A DNA stretch of 63,350 nucleotides, counting the filler, from Babesia bigemina (lineage: Eukaryota), in assembly GCF_000981445.1 (NCBI RefSeq). It is 9 parts of 9 records of this genome, joined end to end, with 100 filler letters (N's around TTAATTAATTAA, not from the genome) between each part and the next. Parts side by side here need not be neighbours in the genome. Positions count along the whole stretch, not along the records: positions 25,867 to 45,938 come from NW_012237043.1; 8 more parts are not named here. One strand, written 5' to 3'. The notes beneath the pieces are model-generated. The model was not told where the DNA came from and did no database searches. It saw only the letters and a program-made list of their open reading frames with translations. A program made the translations under genes and the position numbers. Every line of letters starts with the position of its first letter. Within the stretch, counting starts at the first letter, position 1. Shown one piece after another: positions 30,901 through 40,600 of this stretch.

Positions 30901-33376
30901 ACTCCACGTCTACCTCAAAGCAGAGATCAAACGCGTTCACGAAGCAAATAACGAGAAAATAAATCCCAAGCCATCCGGCGTGGAACAGCTGTACACCTCC
31001 AAACTCGACGCTGCGCATACAGCGCTCAACAACCTACTCGATCACATTAATACAAACAACCGCTACAATCACGAAGTACCCGCCTTGCTTGACAGTCTCT
31101 CCACTAAAGTCGATAGTCTCCACCCCAAGACCTTTAATGACCCGAACACTCCCCTGCTTGACGGCGTTGGGAAAGGGCTGCGTGAGTTTGCGGCTGAACT
31201 TGGAAAGGCGTACATCTCAGCGTACGACAGTGAGACGTTTGGTGCTGAGCTTGTCGAAAAAGATAAATTAACGCCGTATGGATCTAAGTTAAGTAAGGTC
31301 TGCTTGACCGTAGTTTCGACGTCATACAATGTGTTGAACACAGTGAGGAAGTACTCCGGTACCACGTGGAAGTCTGACAAGATACATCAATCGACACCAA
31401 TTGGACAGTTCCTCGGCAACAACGGATACGTCGTATCCAAGGACAAACAAGACGGTCACTTGCGTCACGGAGCTGGTATGCTAGGCTGGCATGTTTACAA
31501 AAGCCTCGTTAAGAATGACGATAGCCGTGTCTACAGACATCATGATGCTGAGAAAGACACTGGCCCACTTGAAATGCTTCACGAGATTCTTCAAACATAT
31601 TACAGAATCGGCCACATCTCTACCTTCTCTGCCAAGAAACTGCCGTGTAGCATATTTGAAATGTTGTGCTGGATAGTTGGTCTTCCGTGCACCTCGGCTT
31701 ATGACGAAATGTTACATGACGCTGTCAGTGACTTATTTGTCGATCCTTCGAAGCGAGTCACAGTTGGAGATTTAGACGCCGCAGTTGTCGGCGATGAACC
31801 GGTAGCGTCATATCCGGAGGCGATCGAATTGGAACGTACACAGAGAGCAGTAAAACGCCTATGTTCGAGATCGTACGATGTTCTTCTTGAAATAGTGGGT
31901 TACGGAAACGCATACACAACCTACGCCGTCGACTACTGCGACAACAGCCTACAACTATCTTACCCTTCAGATCCGTCACAGTGCCTGGAACTATTGCTGG
32001 ACATCCTACGTAAATTGTTACCGGTGTTCAGATTCTTGCATAGCCAATGTAAGGTGACTGCCGAACATCGCGGGTGGTCCGACTGTTGGTACGGTAAAGG
32101 CGTACAGTCATCCAAATCGCAGTGTAACGACCATGCAAGCGAAAAAGCAACGTGCCAACCAAATGACCAACCAAAATGCCAGGCAAGGTGCCAAGCAAAT
32201 TGTCATCCAACGTCGCCACTTCAGTCGTATTTGTCAGATTGCCTTACCGGCCACTTGCCTCACCAGGTAAGCAGCATCGGTTGCAAGGCCAAATGTGCGA
32301 CGTGTCCAAAGGTTCTCCCCGGCCAACCTTGCCTGACGCCTCTCGGCTTCAGAGGGTTCTCCGGTAGTATGAAGACAGGTAAAGACTTATGCAAAGTGCT
32401 AACCAAATTCTTCTTCGATGTGCAATATTCATCGTTGCTTTGCTTGATGCCCAAACCGCCATCTACGTTACCAGAACACTACCAGTTTGCGTTGACGTTA
32501 GGTAGTATGCTGAAAAATGGTAAAGGAGGCAGCACTGGTATCGTTTGTACAGCGTTTAGAGCATCAATCGGAAGCGCATCTATTCGCCTCTACGAGAATC
32601 CTATTGAACTAACTAATGCCTTCGGAGACGCTTACGGTAATACGCATATTGAACATAGTCACAGGACCGGAGAACCCAAGCACGCCCCGTTGTCCAGTTT
32701 ATCAATGAACAACTCATGTATGCTTCCTAAGACCGACAATATTTACTGTGGTCCCTACCTTCAATCTCTATACCAGGATACCTATTATTCCCTCGCCGAG
32801 AAGCATTGTAACCTGTACTTGTCCTGGGCGATATACTTGCCGTGGCAATTTTGGAATTATCTGAAAACCCTATACGATTCTTTCTGCAGTATATCCTGCC
32901 AGGACTGGGGCTGCAGTGGTTGCTTAAAAGGTGACAAATGCAAGACGGGCAAACACGGAACGGACTACAACTGCAAATGCTGGAGTGTCGTCAAATGCCG
33001 CGGAGTGCAAAGCACTTTCTACAGTTACGGATTCACATTCGGCGACGCGAAGAAATTGTTGGACGAAAATGAACTGAGGTATTGCCACGATTTCTGCAAA
33101 CAACTTGAGAATATTCTCAATTCACAATTTTTCAAAGACCTCCTCCAAAAGTGCGACGAATTCATATTCACCATCAGGCAGCCCTTCATCTGGCTTAACG
33201 TCGCACTCTGGTCACTCTCCCTCTTCTACCTCATCTGCGTCATGGTTGGCAGACTGGATGTGCTCCACATAAAATCGCATTTACGATCACCATCATCGCA
33301 CAAGATAACGGCGCAGTCATTGTTGGCAGCAGCGCAAGTCGGAAGGCTTGCCAAGATATCGTATCTACGACCGTAA
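27926..33376 (+). CDS. ves1: ves1-like variant erythrocyte surface antigen, 1816 aa, tail class B
   Basis: Uninterrupted ORF from the leader ATG with the conserved box, Cys-rich region and TM. Ends AAAQVGRLAKISYLRP*. Confidence 0.92.
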   Translation: MTSLNHHNNLCLVTLHFPPSTACHCPDHVPLRELGKKFGKILNLKNTSNNNTNNILNNLCSGLEKFLGFNSETKGYDGTGIVYSDLDRLCDGVMGFLYYVLKDVSEKQPYSVGKSILKEFVETELKPKLSTGREGFKVIEQLAGKVREYNDKVKTSNDYVKNKIKEMHNHVDKTLTDKLRSILLNDDSDLRKALTQQQVQKVEQAVTEAERLVKDYATKGTDFINGFREKKVFSYRKGTTYEYRDEFKDLNPDVQQKINNAIQNISYEATRLGALSAKEQNHLEQMTATIKDTFSSLNRCVNDKIGTDVTALVSNIVKQVDGILKSLQAIDKELWKHVNELGKWINTADEIVRDGINRANGIENKGVGSVNKDNIDNVVKNINTVFYGAKDFVKQNVEEAIKAVAKMDEELKKDLFTVKTQIEKSIDLINVSIAALGGKFSEITDRNKISGIIGHIEKQVAKVAGSGLRSESGLGAIKHILIAFIWRYKSEKFAAKMNELVGEIMRTDPVKGHLKQYVSSNKGQWNTYFKPDTTADSITLKVQEEIMKEITKVITEPELTGDSVESHLNVLNQNMLTFSQKLQNGMLSSITAIVDAVKNHQNFKEPGSTGQHIKHNLQDAVTSTFRQLAAEVNKSANMMNALLLEPRFPTNQKSSVAAYLDDALGVASTLHTNLKNALNDRTESTKSADKVDKAIEQVKNTLREQLSEDTEKPSSHVKLPTSGDKFQNYNGCVAQDDATLSALASGNLNNITESSGTLPNKIKDIDTHSLTYFEEKLGVKREVKNLSNGYLKEITDNLTQLMEAFSKAGRAVNAEFKKLQTNIGRKEHGSTVEVTKGSLQKIYDNLSNVLRDNVARVIQSATEFVKLEADKLKQNCTKSLTQHVNTESQQAIHKLITQARKLCISSMKSSLEQFSGKVTEELKPLPTLIDTDRQHGFKGFMRTLQGIIGENGETSDENIERLKGLVGQLSRNVNHKDAFIKLSANFKDFCSPLHVYLKAEIKRVHEANNEKINPKPSGVEQLYTSKLDAAHTALNNLLDHINTNNRYNHEVPALLDSLSTKVDSLHPKTFNDPNTPLLDGVGKGLREFAAELGKAYISAYDSETFGAELVEKDKLTPYGSKLSKVCLTVVSTSYNVLNTVRKYSGTTWKSDKIHQSTPIGQFLGNNGYVVSKDKQDGHLRHGAGMLGWHVYKSLVKNDDSRVYRHHDAEKDTGPLEMLHEILQTYYRIGHISTFSAKKLPCSIFEMLCWIVGLPCTSAYDEMLHDAVSDLFVDPSKRVTVGDLDAAVVGDEPVASYPEAIELERTQRAVKRLCSRSYDVLLEIVGYGNAYTTYAVDYCDNSLQLSYPSDPSQCLELLLDILRKLLPVFRFLHSQCKVTAEHRGWSDCWYGKGVQSSKSQCNDHASEKATCQPNDQPKCQARCQANCHPTSPLQSYLSDCLTGHLPHQVSSIGCKAKCATCPKVLPGQPCLTPLGFRGFSGSMKTGKDLCKVLTKFFFDVQYSSLLCLMPKPPSTLPEHYQFALTLGSMLKNGKGGSTGIVCTAFRASIGSASIRLYENPIELTNAFGDAYGNTHIEHSHRTGEPKHAPLSSLSMNNSCMLPKTDNIYCGPYLQSLYQDTYYSLAEKHCNLYLSWAIYLPWQFWNYLKTLYDSFCSISCQDWGCSGCLKGDKCKTGKHGTDYNCKCWSVVKCRGVQSTFYSYGFTFGDAKKLLDENELRYCHDFCKQLENILNSQFFKDLLQKCDEFIFTIRQPFIWLNVALWSLSLFYLICVMVGRLDVLHIKSHLRSPSSHKITAQSLLAAAQVGRLAKISYLRP

Positions 33377-33519
33377 TTGTATTCACGTTTGTAATTACTA
33401 CACTCACTTACCATAGCTCACCTACTCACCTAACCGACAAACGTAGTCTAATGTATCGAATTACTCTAGCGGCAACCTGTGAACTAGGTAGCACCTAGAT
33501 TAGGTTATGACTGAACGAC

Positions 33520-33637
33520 CAAGCAAAGTGCTAAGCTGGCACCCAGGCAACGTGGTAACCTAGCAACCAGGCAACGTGGTAAGCTGGCGACCAGACTAAG
33601 TGGTAAGCTGGCACGCAGGCTAAGTGATAAGCTGGCG
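33520..33637 (+). repeat. Short 24-bp array
   Basis: CAAAGTGCTAAGCTGGCACCCAGG-type units, as at 43654-44438. Confidence 0.85.
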
Positions 33638-34135
33638 GATGAACCGTAATTTGGTGGGTGTTGTAGCACGTTGAGTTGTGCGTTGACTGTGAGAGGTGTC
33701 TGCGTTCCCCATTGAGTCAGTGTCACGTGAGGCTGGGTGATTGGTCGCTAACGTAGGCGGTCGTGAGGACCGCGGCGGGTGACTTAAGTCGTGTGTTGCG
33801 AGTCACTGGCAGGGTGGCGTAATCCGCGTTGGCCTCGTTAAGTAGCGTTTATAGGCGGCGATGTAGCGATTGTTAGTATCACATTTAGGCACGTAGCCGA
33901 CACGCTCCGCCAGAATGGCGTCTATACTGCGGCTCGTAGCACGGTGCTGCTGCACTGTGGGAGTTGAGCGCACGGGGCTCGCTGCTAATTTTATGGCGTT
34001 GCGAATAGTGAATAATTTAAAGTGACAGTTGTTGCCGATCACATGCGTCGCGTCAGGGCAGCTGTGGTATCCCGGGCAGCGTGGGTGTCGGTGGCCTGGG
34101 CTGGGGGGACACAGGGGTGAGGGTGAGTGTTGATG
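33638..34135. promoter_or_regulatory. Conserved ~500-bp CpG-rich non-repetitive block, copy 1 (candidate promoter)
   Basis: Highly similar copies at 44439-44940 and 46639-47157. Function is inferred from position only. Confidence 0.45.
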
Positions 34136-34895
34136 AGGGGACTGGGAGCGGCAGTGGTAGTGTTGCAGTTGGTGAGTGCGTTGGTAGGTGATTGATATGT
34201 CTGCAGGTTGAGGGGACTGGGAGCGGCAGTGGTAGTGTTGCAGTTGGTGAGTGCTGCTTAAGTGACTGATATGTTTGCAGGTTGAGGGGACTGGGAGCGG
34301 CAGTGGTAGTGTTGCAGTTGGTGAGTGCGTTGCTAGGTGATTGATATGTCTGCAGGTTGAGGGGACTGGGAGCGGCAGTGGTAGTGTTGCAGTTGGTGAG
34401 TGCTGCTTAGGTGATTGATATGTTTGCAGGTTGAGGGGAGTGGGCGCGGCAGTGGTAGTGTTGCAGTTGGTGAGTGCGTTGCTGGAGTGATTGATATGCT
34501 TGCAGGTTGAGTGGACTGGGAGCTGCAGTGGTAGTGTTGCAGTTGGTGAGTGCGTTGCTACGTGATTGATATGCTTGCAGGCTGAGGGGACTGGGAGCGT
34601 CAGTGGTAGTGTTGCAGTTGGTGAGTGTTGCTTGAGTGATTGATATGCTTGCAGGTTGAGGGGACTGGTAGCGGCAGTGGTACGCGTTGCAGTTGGTGAG
34701 TGCTTGCTAGGTGATTGATGCTTGCAGGCTGAGGGGACTGGGAGCGGCAGTGGTAGTGTTGCAGTTGGTGAGTGCTGCTTAGGTGATTGATATGTTTGCA
34801 GGCTGAGGGGACTGGGAGCTGCAGTGGTAGTGTTGCAGTTGGTGAGTGCGTTGCTAGGTGATTGATATGTTTGCAGGCTGAGGGGACTGGGAGAG
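34136..34895 (+). repeat. 74-75-bp tandem repeat, ~10 units, each with a GTGAGT...TGCAG mini-intron-like segment
   Basis: GCAGGTTGAGGGGA recurs at 34203, 34277, 34352 and onward. Confidence 0.92.
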
Positions 34896-34899
34896 GAAG

Positions 34900-35469
34900 A
34901 TGAGCGGTTTTGGGCAGCGGTGTAGTTGTCCTACGCTGTGTCAGTATACTAATTGTACTTGCTGTCCATGGTGTTGTGAAATATGTAGTGAAGACATTTA
35001 TTACGGTTGCAAGTTATGTGCGGCGTATTCCTATATGAGTCGGGGGAGAATGCGTTGCCACCCTAAAGGATGTTCTTCACAAAGAAAGCCGTGTACCAAC
35101 ATTTACACATGTTTATGTACATGTTGTAGACAGAAATGTAGAGATGGTGATTCCGCCTGCAAAGCCCCTGAGCCCGTCATTCGACCACTTCCCCTTTCTT
35201 CCCCCGGTCCTCAGGCTCAAGCCGCCAGTCAAGAAGATCCGTCTCGTGCCGACCCTCTCAAGCAAGAAAGCAGATCTAAATCTGCTACTACTTCCACAGG
35301 TCCCGCCATTTCCCCCTCCGCCATCGCCGCCGTCATCGTTGCCATCATCGTCGCCATCATCGTCGCCATCATCCTGCTCGACCTGTGCATCTTCCGCTTC
35401 CCGGTGGGCCGCAACATCCGCGATTTCCTCGTCCGCAAGATACCCTTCTGCATCGCCTTTTACAGCTAA
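34900..35469 (+). CDS. Small Cys-rich protein with Ser/Pro linker and C-terminal TM helix (189 aa)
   Basis: Cys-dense N-terminal ~90 aa and a hydrophobic AIAAVIVAIIVAIIVAIILLDLCIF segment. The paralog at 48002 conserves the Cys pattern. Confidence 0.75.
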   Translation: MSGFGQRCSCPTLCQYTNCTCCPWCCEICSEDIYYGCKLCAAYSYMSRGRMRCHPKGCSSQRKPCTNIYTCLCTCCRQKCRDGDSACKAPEPVIRPLPLSSPGPQAQAASQEDPSRADPLKQESRSKSATTSTGPAISPSAIAAVIVAIIVAIIVAIILLDLCIFRFPVGRNIRDFLVRKIPFCIAFYS

Positions 35470-36680
35470 TCTCAGCAATTTATCAGCGCAATTTTCGTAA
35501 TCCAAATTCCACTGATCACCTAACAGGCAACTGACATCTAATGTTGTAGACAGAGTAATGATTGCGTTGATGACAAATCACATGAGCAGTGAGGTGACCA
35601 TCTACCCCTCCCTACTCCGCCATCGCCGCCGTCATCGTTGCCATCATCGTCGCCATCATCGTCGCCATCATCCTGCTCGACCTGTGCATCTTCCGCTTCC
35701 CGGTGGGCCGCAACATCCGCGATTTCCTCGTACGCAAGATACCCTTCTGCATCGCCTTTTACAGCTAATCTCAGCAATTTATCAGCGCAATTTTCGTAAT
35801 CCAAATTCCACTGATCACCTAACAGGCAACTGACATCTAATGTTGTAGACAGAGTAATGATTGCGTTGATGACAAATCACATGAGCAGTGAGGTGACCAT
35901 CTACCCCTCCCTACTCCGCCATCGCCGCCGTCATCGTTGCCATCATCGTCGCCATCATCCTGCTCGACCTGTGCATCTTCCGCTTCCCAGTGGGCCGCAA
36001 CATCCGCGATTTCCTCGTCCGCAAGATACCCTTCTGCATCGCGTTCTACAGCTGAACTCAGCAATATGTTGGCGCAAACATTGTTAATCCAAATCCCACT
36101 GATCACCTACCTGGCAACTGACATCTAATGTTCTAGACAGAGTAATGATAGCGTTGATGACCAATCACATGAACAGTGAGGTGACCATATCCCCGCCCCT
36201 TACATCACCGCACCCATCGCCCTCATCATCGTCGTCATCTGCGTCATGATCTACTTCCGCATCCGGCCGTTCCACAGGGTGCGGTATCTACTGCGCAGCC
36301 AATCACAATCACCTAACTGGCAACAGACATCTAATGTTCTAGACATTAATGATCGTGTTGATGGCGAATCACATGAGCAGTAAAGTAACTACTTCCCCCC
36401 CTCCCTACTCCGCCATCGCCGCCGTCATCGTTGCCCTCATCGTCGCCATCATCCTGCTCGACCTGTGCATCATCCGCTTCCCGGTGGGCCGCAACATCCG
36501 CGATTTCCTCGTCCGCAAGATACCCTTCTGCATCGCGTTCTACAGCTGATCTCAGCAATTCGTTAGCGCAAACATCGTAATCCAAATTACACCGATAACC
36601 TAACTGGCAACTGACATCTAATGTTGTAGACAGTTACGATTGCGTTGATGATCAATGACATGAGCAGTGAGGTGACCTAG
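35470..36680 (+). repeat. Tandem ~230-300-bp duplications of the TM/tail segment of the Cys-rich gene
   Basis: SAIAAVIV...IAFYS* coding sequence recurs near 35615, 35915 and 36408, with a degenerate copy near 36200. Confidence 0.9.
36349..36549 (+). CDS. Possible 66-aa TM microprotein (tail-only paralog)
   Basis: The only duplicate in which the upstream ATG is in frame with the TM/tail. Confidence 0.3.
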   Translation: MIVLMANHMSSKVTTSPPPYSAIAAVIVALIVAIILLDLCIIRFPVGRNIRDFLVRKIPFCIAFYS

Positions 36681-36697
36681 CACCTGACCAAGTTGAT

Positions 36698-37418
36698 GGT
36701 CACGGCAGCGATGACATGGTCACCGCAGCGATGACATGGTCACGGCAGCGATGACATGGTCACGGCAGCGATGACATGGTCACGGCAGCGATGACATGGT
36801 TACGGCAGCGATGACATGGTTACAGAAGCGATGGCATGGTCACGGCAGCGATGACATGGTTACGGCAGCGATGACATGGTCACGGCAGCGATGACATGGT
36901 CACGGCAGCGATGACATGCTTACGGCAGCGGTGACATGGTCACGGCAGCGGTGACATGCTTACGGCAGCGGTGACAGTGGTGACCAAGCACCTGACCTAA
37001 GTGGTGATAATTACCCACTCTACATCGCTCCCTTATCCACTCTACATCGCCCCTTAACCCACTCTACATCGCCCCTTTATCCACTCTACATCGCCCCTCT
37101 ATCCACTCCACATCGCCCCTTATCCACTCTACATCGCCCCTTTATCCACTCTCCATCGCCCCTTTACCCACTCTACATCGCCCCTTAATCCACTCTACAT
37201 CGCTCCCTAACCCACTCTACATCGCTCCCTAATCCACTCTACATCGCTCCTTAATCCACTCTACATCGCCCCTTATCCACTCTACATCGCTCCTTTATCC
37301 ACTCTACATCGCCCCTTATCCACTCCACATCGCCCCTTAACCCACCTGACATCGCTCCTTATCCACTCTACATCGCCCCTTAACCTCCTTTAATCGCTCC
37401 CTAATCCACTCTACATCC
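36698..37418 (+). repeat. 20-bp array (36698-36975) followed by a short 22-bp array (37014-37418)
   Basis: Same units and orientation as the other cassettes. Confidence 0.95.
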
Positions 37419-37651
37419 CTTGAATTACCTTCCCATAATACCGCTATGACCTCCATAAACTTTTATAATAACTTGTCCCTTGTCACCCTTCACTTCCCCT
37501 CTTCCACCTCTTGCCACTGCCCTGACCATGTTCACCCTAACTCCAAATCCGCCGAATTACCTTGTCTTATTAACGCTATGACCTCCATAAACCTTTATAA
37601 TAACTTGTTGATACTGACCATTCTCTTACTGATGATGCTACTAGAAGAGCC

Positions 37652-40600
37652 TTGCAGGACATTGACTCCAAGCTCATTAGCCTTGGTCACCTTGCTGGAC
37701 AGCTTGGCGGATTTGTTGGTGAGAGTGAGAGTGTTAAGAAAGCCGTTAAGAATGCTATTATCGCTTGTTTCGACACTAATTCAGACCTTAAAAATGACTT
37801 AAAACATCTTTACTCTTCTCTTGTTACTACCCTTTCTGAGTCTGTCAACTCTGCTGGCCTGTCTGTTGACACCCGTAAAATTAGTGAGCTTAGTCAGCGA
37901 GTTACTCAAGAAATTAATGACATAAATCAACGTATTAATAGCCCTAATAATCTTAATAATCTTCCTTCTTCCCCCTCTCCCTCTGCTGAGCTAGACAAAT
38001 TGCAGTCCAAGTTGCAGGCTTTGAAGGAAGTGGAGGAGCTTTGTGGATTTTTGACTAATCGTAATAATGCGTCAAATGAGCCTAAAAAGCTTTTAGAAAA
38101 TCTTTGTTCCGGCCTCGAGACTTTCCTCGGCTTCAACTCTGCTTCCAAAGGCTACGATGGCCAGGGGATTGTCTACTCTGACCTGGATAGGCTGTGTGAC
38201 GGGGTGATGGGATTTTTGTATCAGGTGCTTAAGGATGTCAGCGAGAAACAGCCTTACAAAGTAGGCAGAGATATACTTATTAAGCTTATCGATGAGCAAA
38301 TTAAACCTAAATTATCCACCGGGCGTGAGGGTTTTAAGGTCATTGAGCAGGTGGCGGAGAAGGTGGGGGAGTATAATGGTTTAGTAGAGCAGAGTAACGA
38401 AACTGTGAAAAATAAGATAACAAATTTAGATGAACAAATGGAACAAGTCAAAAAAGATGTAAATGAAACATATCCAACAAAAAATGATAATGATGAAGAG
38501 CCTAATGCAGACAAAATTGAGAAATCAAAAAACGAAGTAACTCAGACGGTAAAAAAATGTCAACAACTTGCAAGTACGTTTAGACGTGAAATACTTAATT
38601 TCAAAGATAAAATCAAAGATTTAGGTCATGAAGCCAACGAACAAATTAATAAAGCCAGAGACAATGTGGAGCGTGAAGGTCAGCGTCTTGGCAGAGTGCA
38701 GAAGAACGAAGAAAATGAATTTAAGGAGATGGAGAAAAGAATACGTGAAAAGCTTGAAGAGCTTGGAGGGAGCGTGAAAAAACAAATTTCATGTAACGTG
38801 ACAGAGTTGGTTGATAAGTTGAAAAAGGCAGTACAAAACATTAAAACTGACATCGTACGTATTAGCAAACTGTTGACTAGCTACGTTCTGGAGTTAGAGG
38901 GATGGATGAAAGAAGCGAAAAGGTTTATTGACGGTGTAATGCAAAATCAGGTTAAAGCAGTAAGAGATGAGGTCGCTTGGGATGAGTCTGGTAAAAGTGA
39001 GAAAAGATGGAATCAGATCGAAAACGCTGCGACAGAGTTGAGAAAGAAAGCGCAGAAACTATTTGAGGCTGGAGAGGAGGCAAAGAAGAGCGTTCAGGAG
39101 ACAGTTAGATTGGCGCTTCAGCAGGTGATGACGATGAATGATGCGCTTAAAACGGATTTGTTCACCGTGAAAGGTAAGATAAAGGCGGCGGTTATGGCAT
39201 TAGGTAAAACGTTGGAGACATATGTGAAGGATGGATTGTGGAAAATTGAAGATCCAATTAATAAACAGGTTGATGAGATTGTGCGGAGTTCGTCGGACTT
39301 TCTCACTAAATTCGAAGCAACAAAGGGAGCTCTTGAAAAGGCATTAGAAATTGTGGCTGGAGACTTGCAAACCATCTGGAGCCTCACCGAATTTGAGAAG
39401 ATTAAAGGTACGTACAACAGGACGGTCCAAGCCCCGTTGCTTGAAGCTATTGGTACACGCGACATTTTTTCCGATCTTAAAACATATTTCAATAACGTTA
39501 ATGCACAGCTTGTTCAGAATGTTAGGGATGCGTTGGAAGGTATGGGCAAAAATTGGCAGAGTGCTTTTAAGTATACAATTGAAGCGGAATCAATTCAAGC
39601 AATTCGTAAGTTGGTTACGCATTCAAGCGCTCCTCCAACTTTGGATACGGCTGCACTTCAGAAATATGGCATCGACATATCGAAGAATGTCCGTAAACTT
39701 GATCTCACGAATAACGTTACAAACATGAAAAAGGTAATCGATAATCTCGAAAAGTATCATACGTTAGACAAGGTGGACCTCGAGAATATCTTTAAGGAAC
39801 TGGCCCAAATTACACAAACCGTATCTTCCCATTCAAAGACAGTGGTAGAAGAAGTAATTAAAGCGATGCAGAGAAATGTTAAGTTGGAGGTTGAGACGGT
39901 TGCGGACTTCGTAAAGGATAAAATTGTAAATATGAGAAACGGCGTAGAATTCAATCAACATGACAGAGAATTTGACTACGGCGGGGGCGGCGCTAAAGCT
40001 AACGTCAGATCTTTTCCTATATTGGTAACACAGTATCAGGACATTGATAGGAAGCTACTACAGTTGAAAAATGATGTCATCCCGCAAGCGTTTAAGAAGA
40101 ATCCACCAGGTAGTAAAGATCCGATGACTTATACATTTGGCGAGCAGCTCATGAAGGATTTCAAAAAAACCTACGATGACAACTTCACACACGGCGATAT
40201 CAAAACTGGCGGCGGAGCCGGCCGCACAAGTGTACTCGACGAAGAGGTTGGAGGACAGATAATGACGGGCACGGGCAACGATAATAAAATCGCTAACTTT
40301 GCTGAAAAGAATTTCTCGGAATATATTAAGATCGTTACACAAGACAGCGTATCCGCGGCGGTGGGTGACCCAACCCAGCTAGATGGCGCCCTTCCAATTA
40401 AAATCAAAGAGATTCAAGAACAGGTTGCCACTGTCGCTCTAGCATCCATCGACCAACTCAACGAGCAAGCCGAGACGCAATTTAGAGAAGTCACCTCCAC
40501 CCTCAGCCAGCTCTGCGGTGCGGTTCAACGTTCCCTCAAGGATGTCAACTTTTTCCTGAACAACTTTAAAGAAGGGCAAATTGGCGAGAAACTGGAGGCT

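Noticed and set aside
33803..34042. Conserved 79-aa minus-strand ORF in the 500-bp block
   Set aside because: Non-ATG start, frameshifted in the 44633-44836 copy; conservation is explained by DNA-level similarity.
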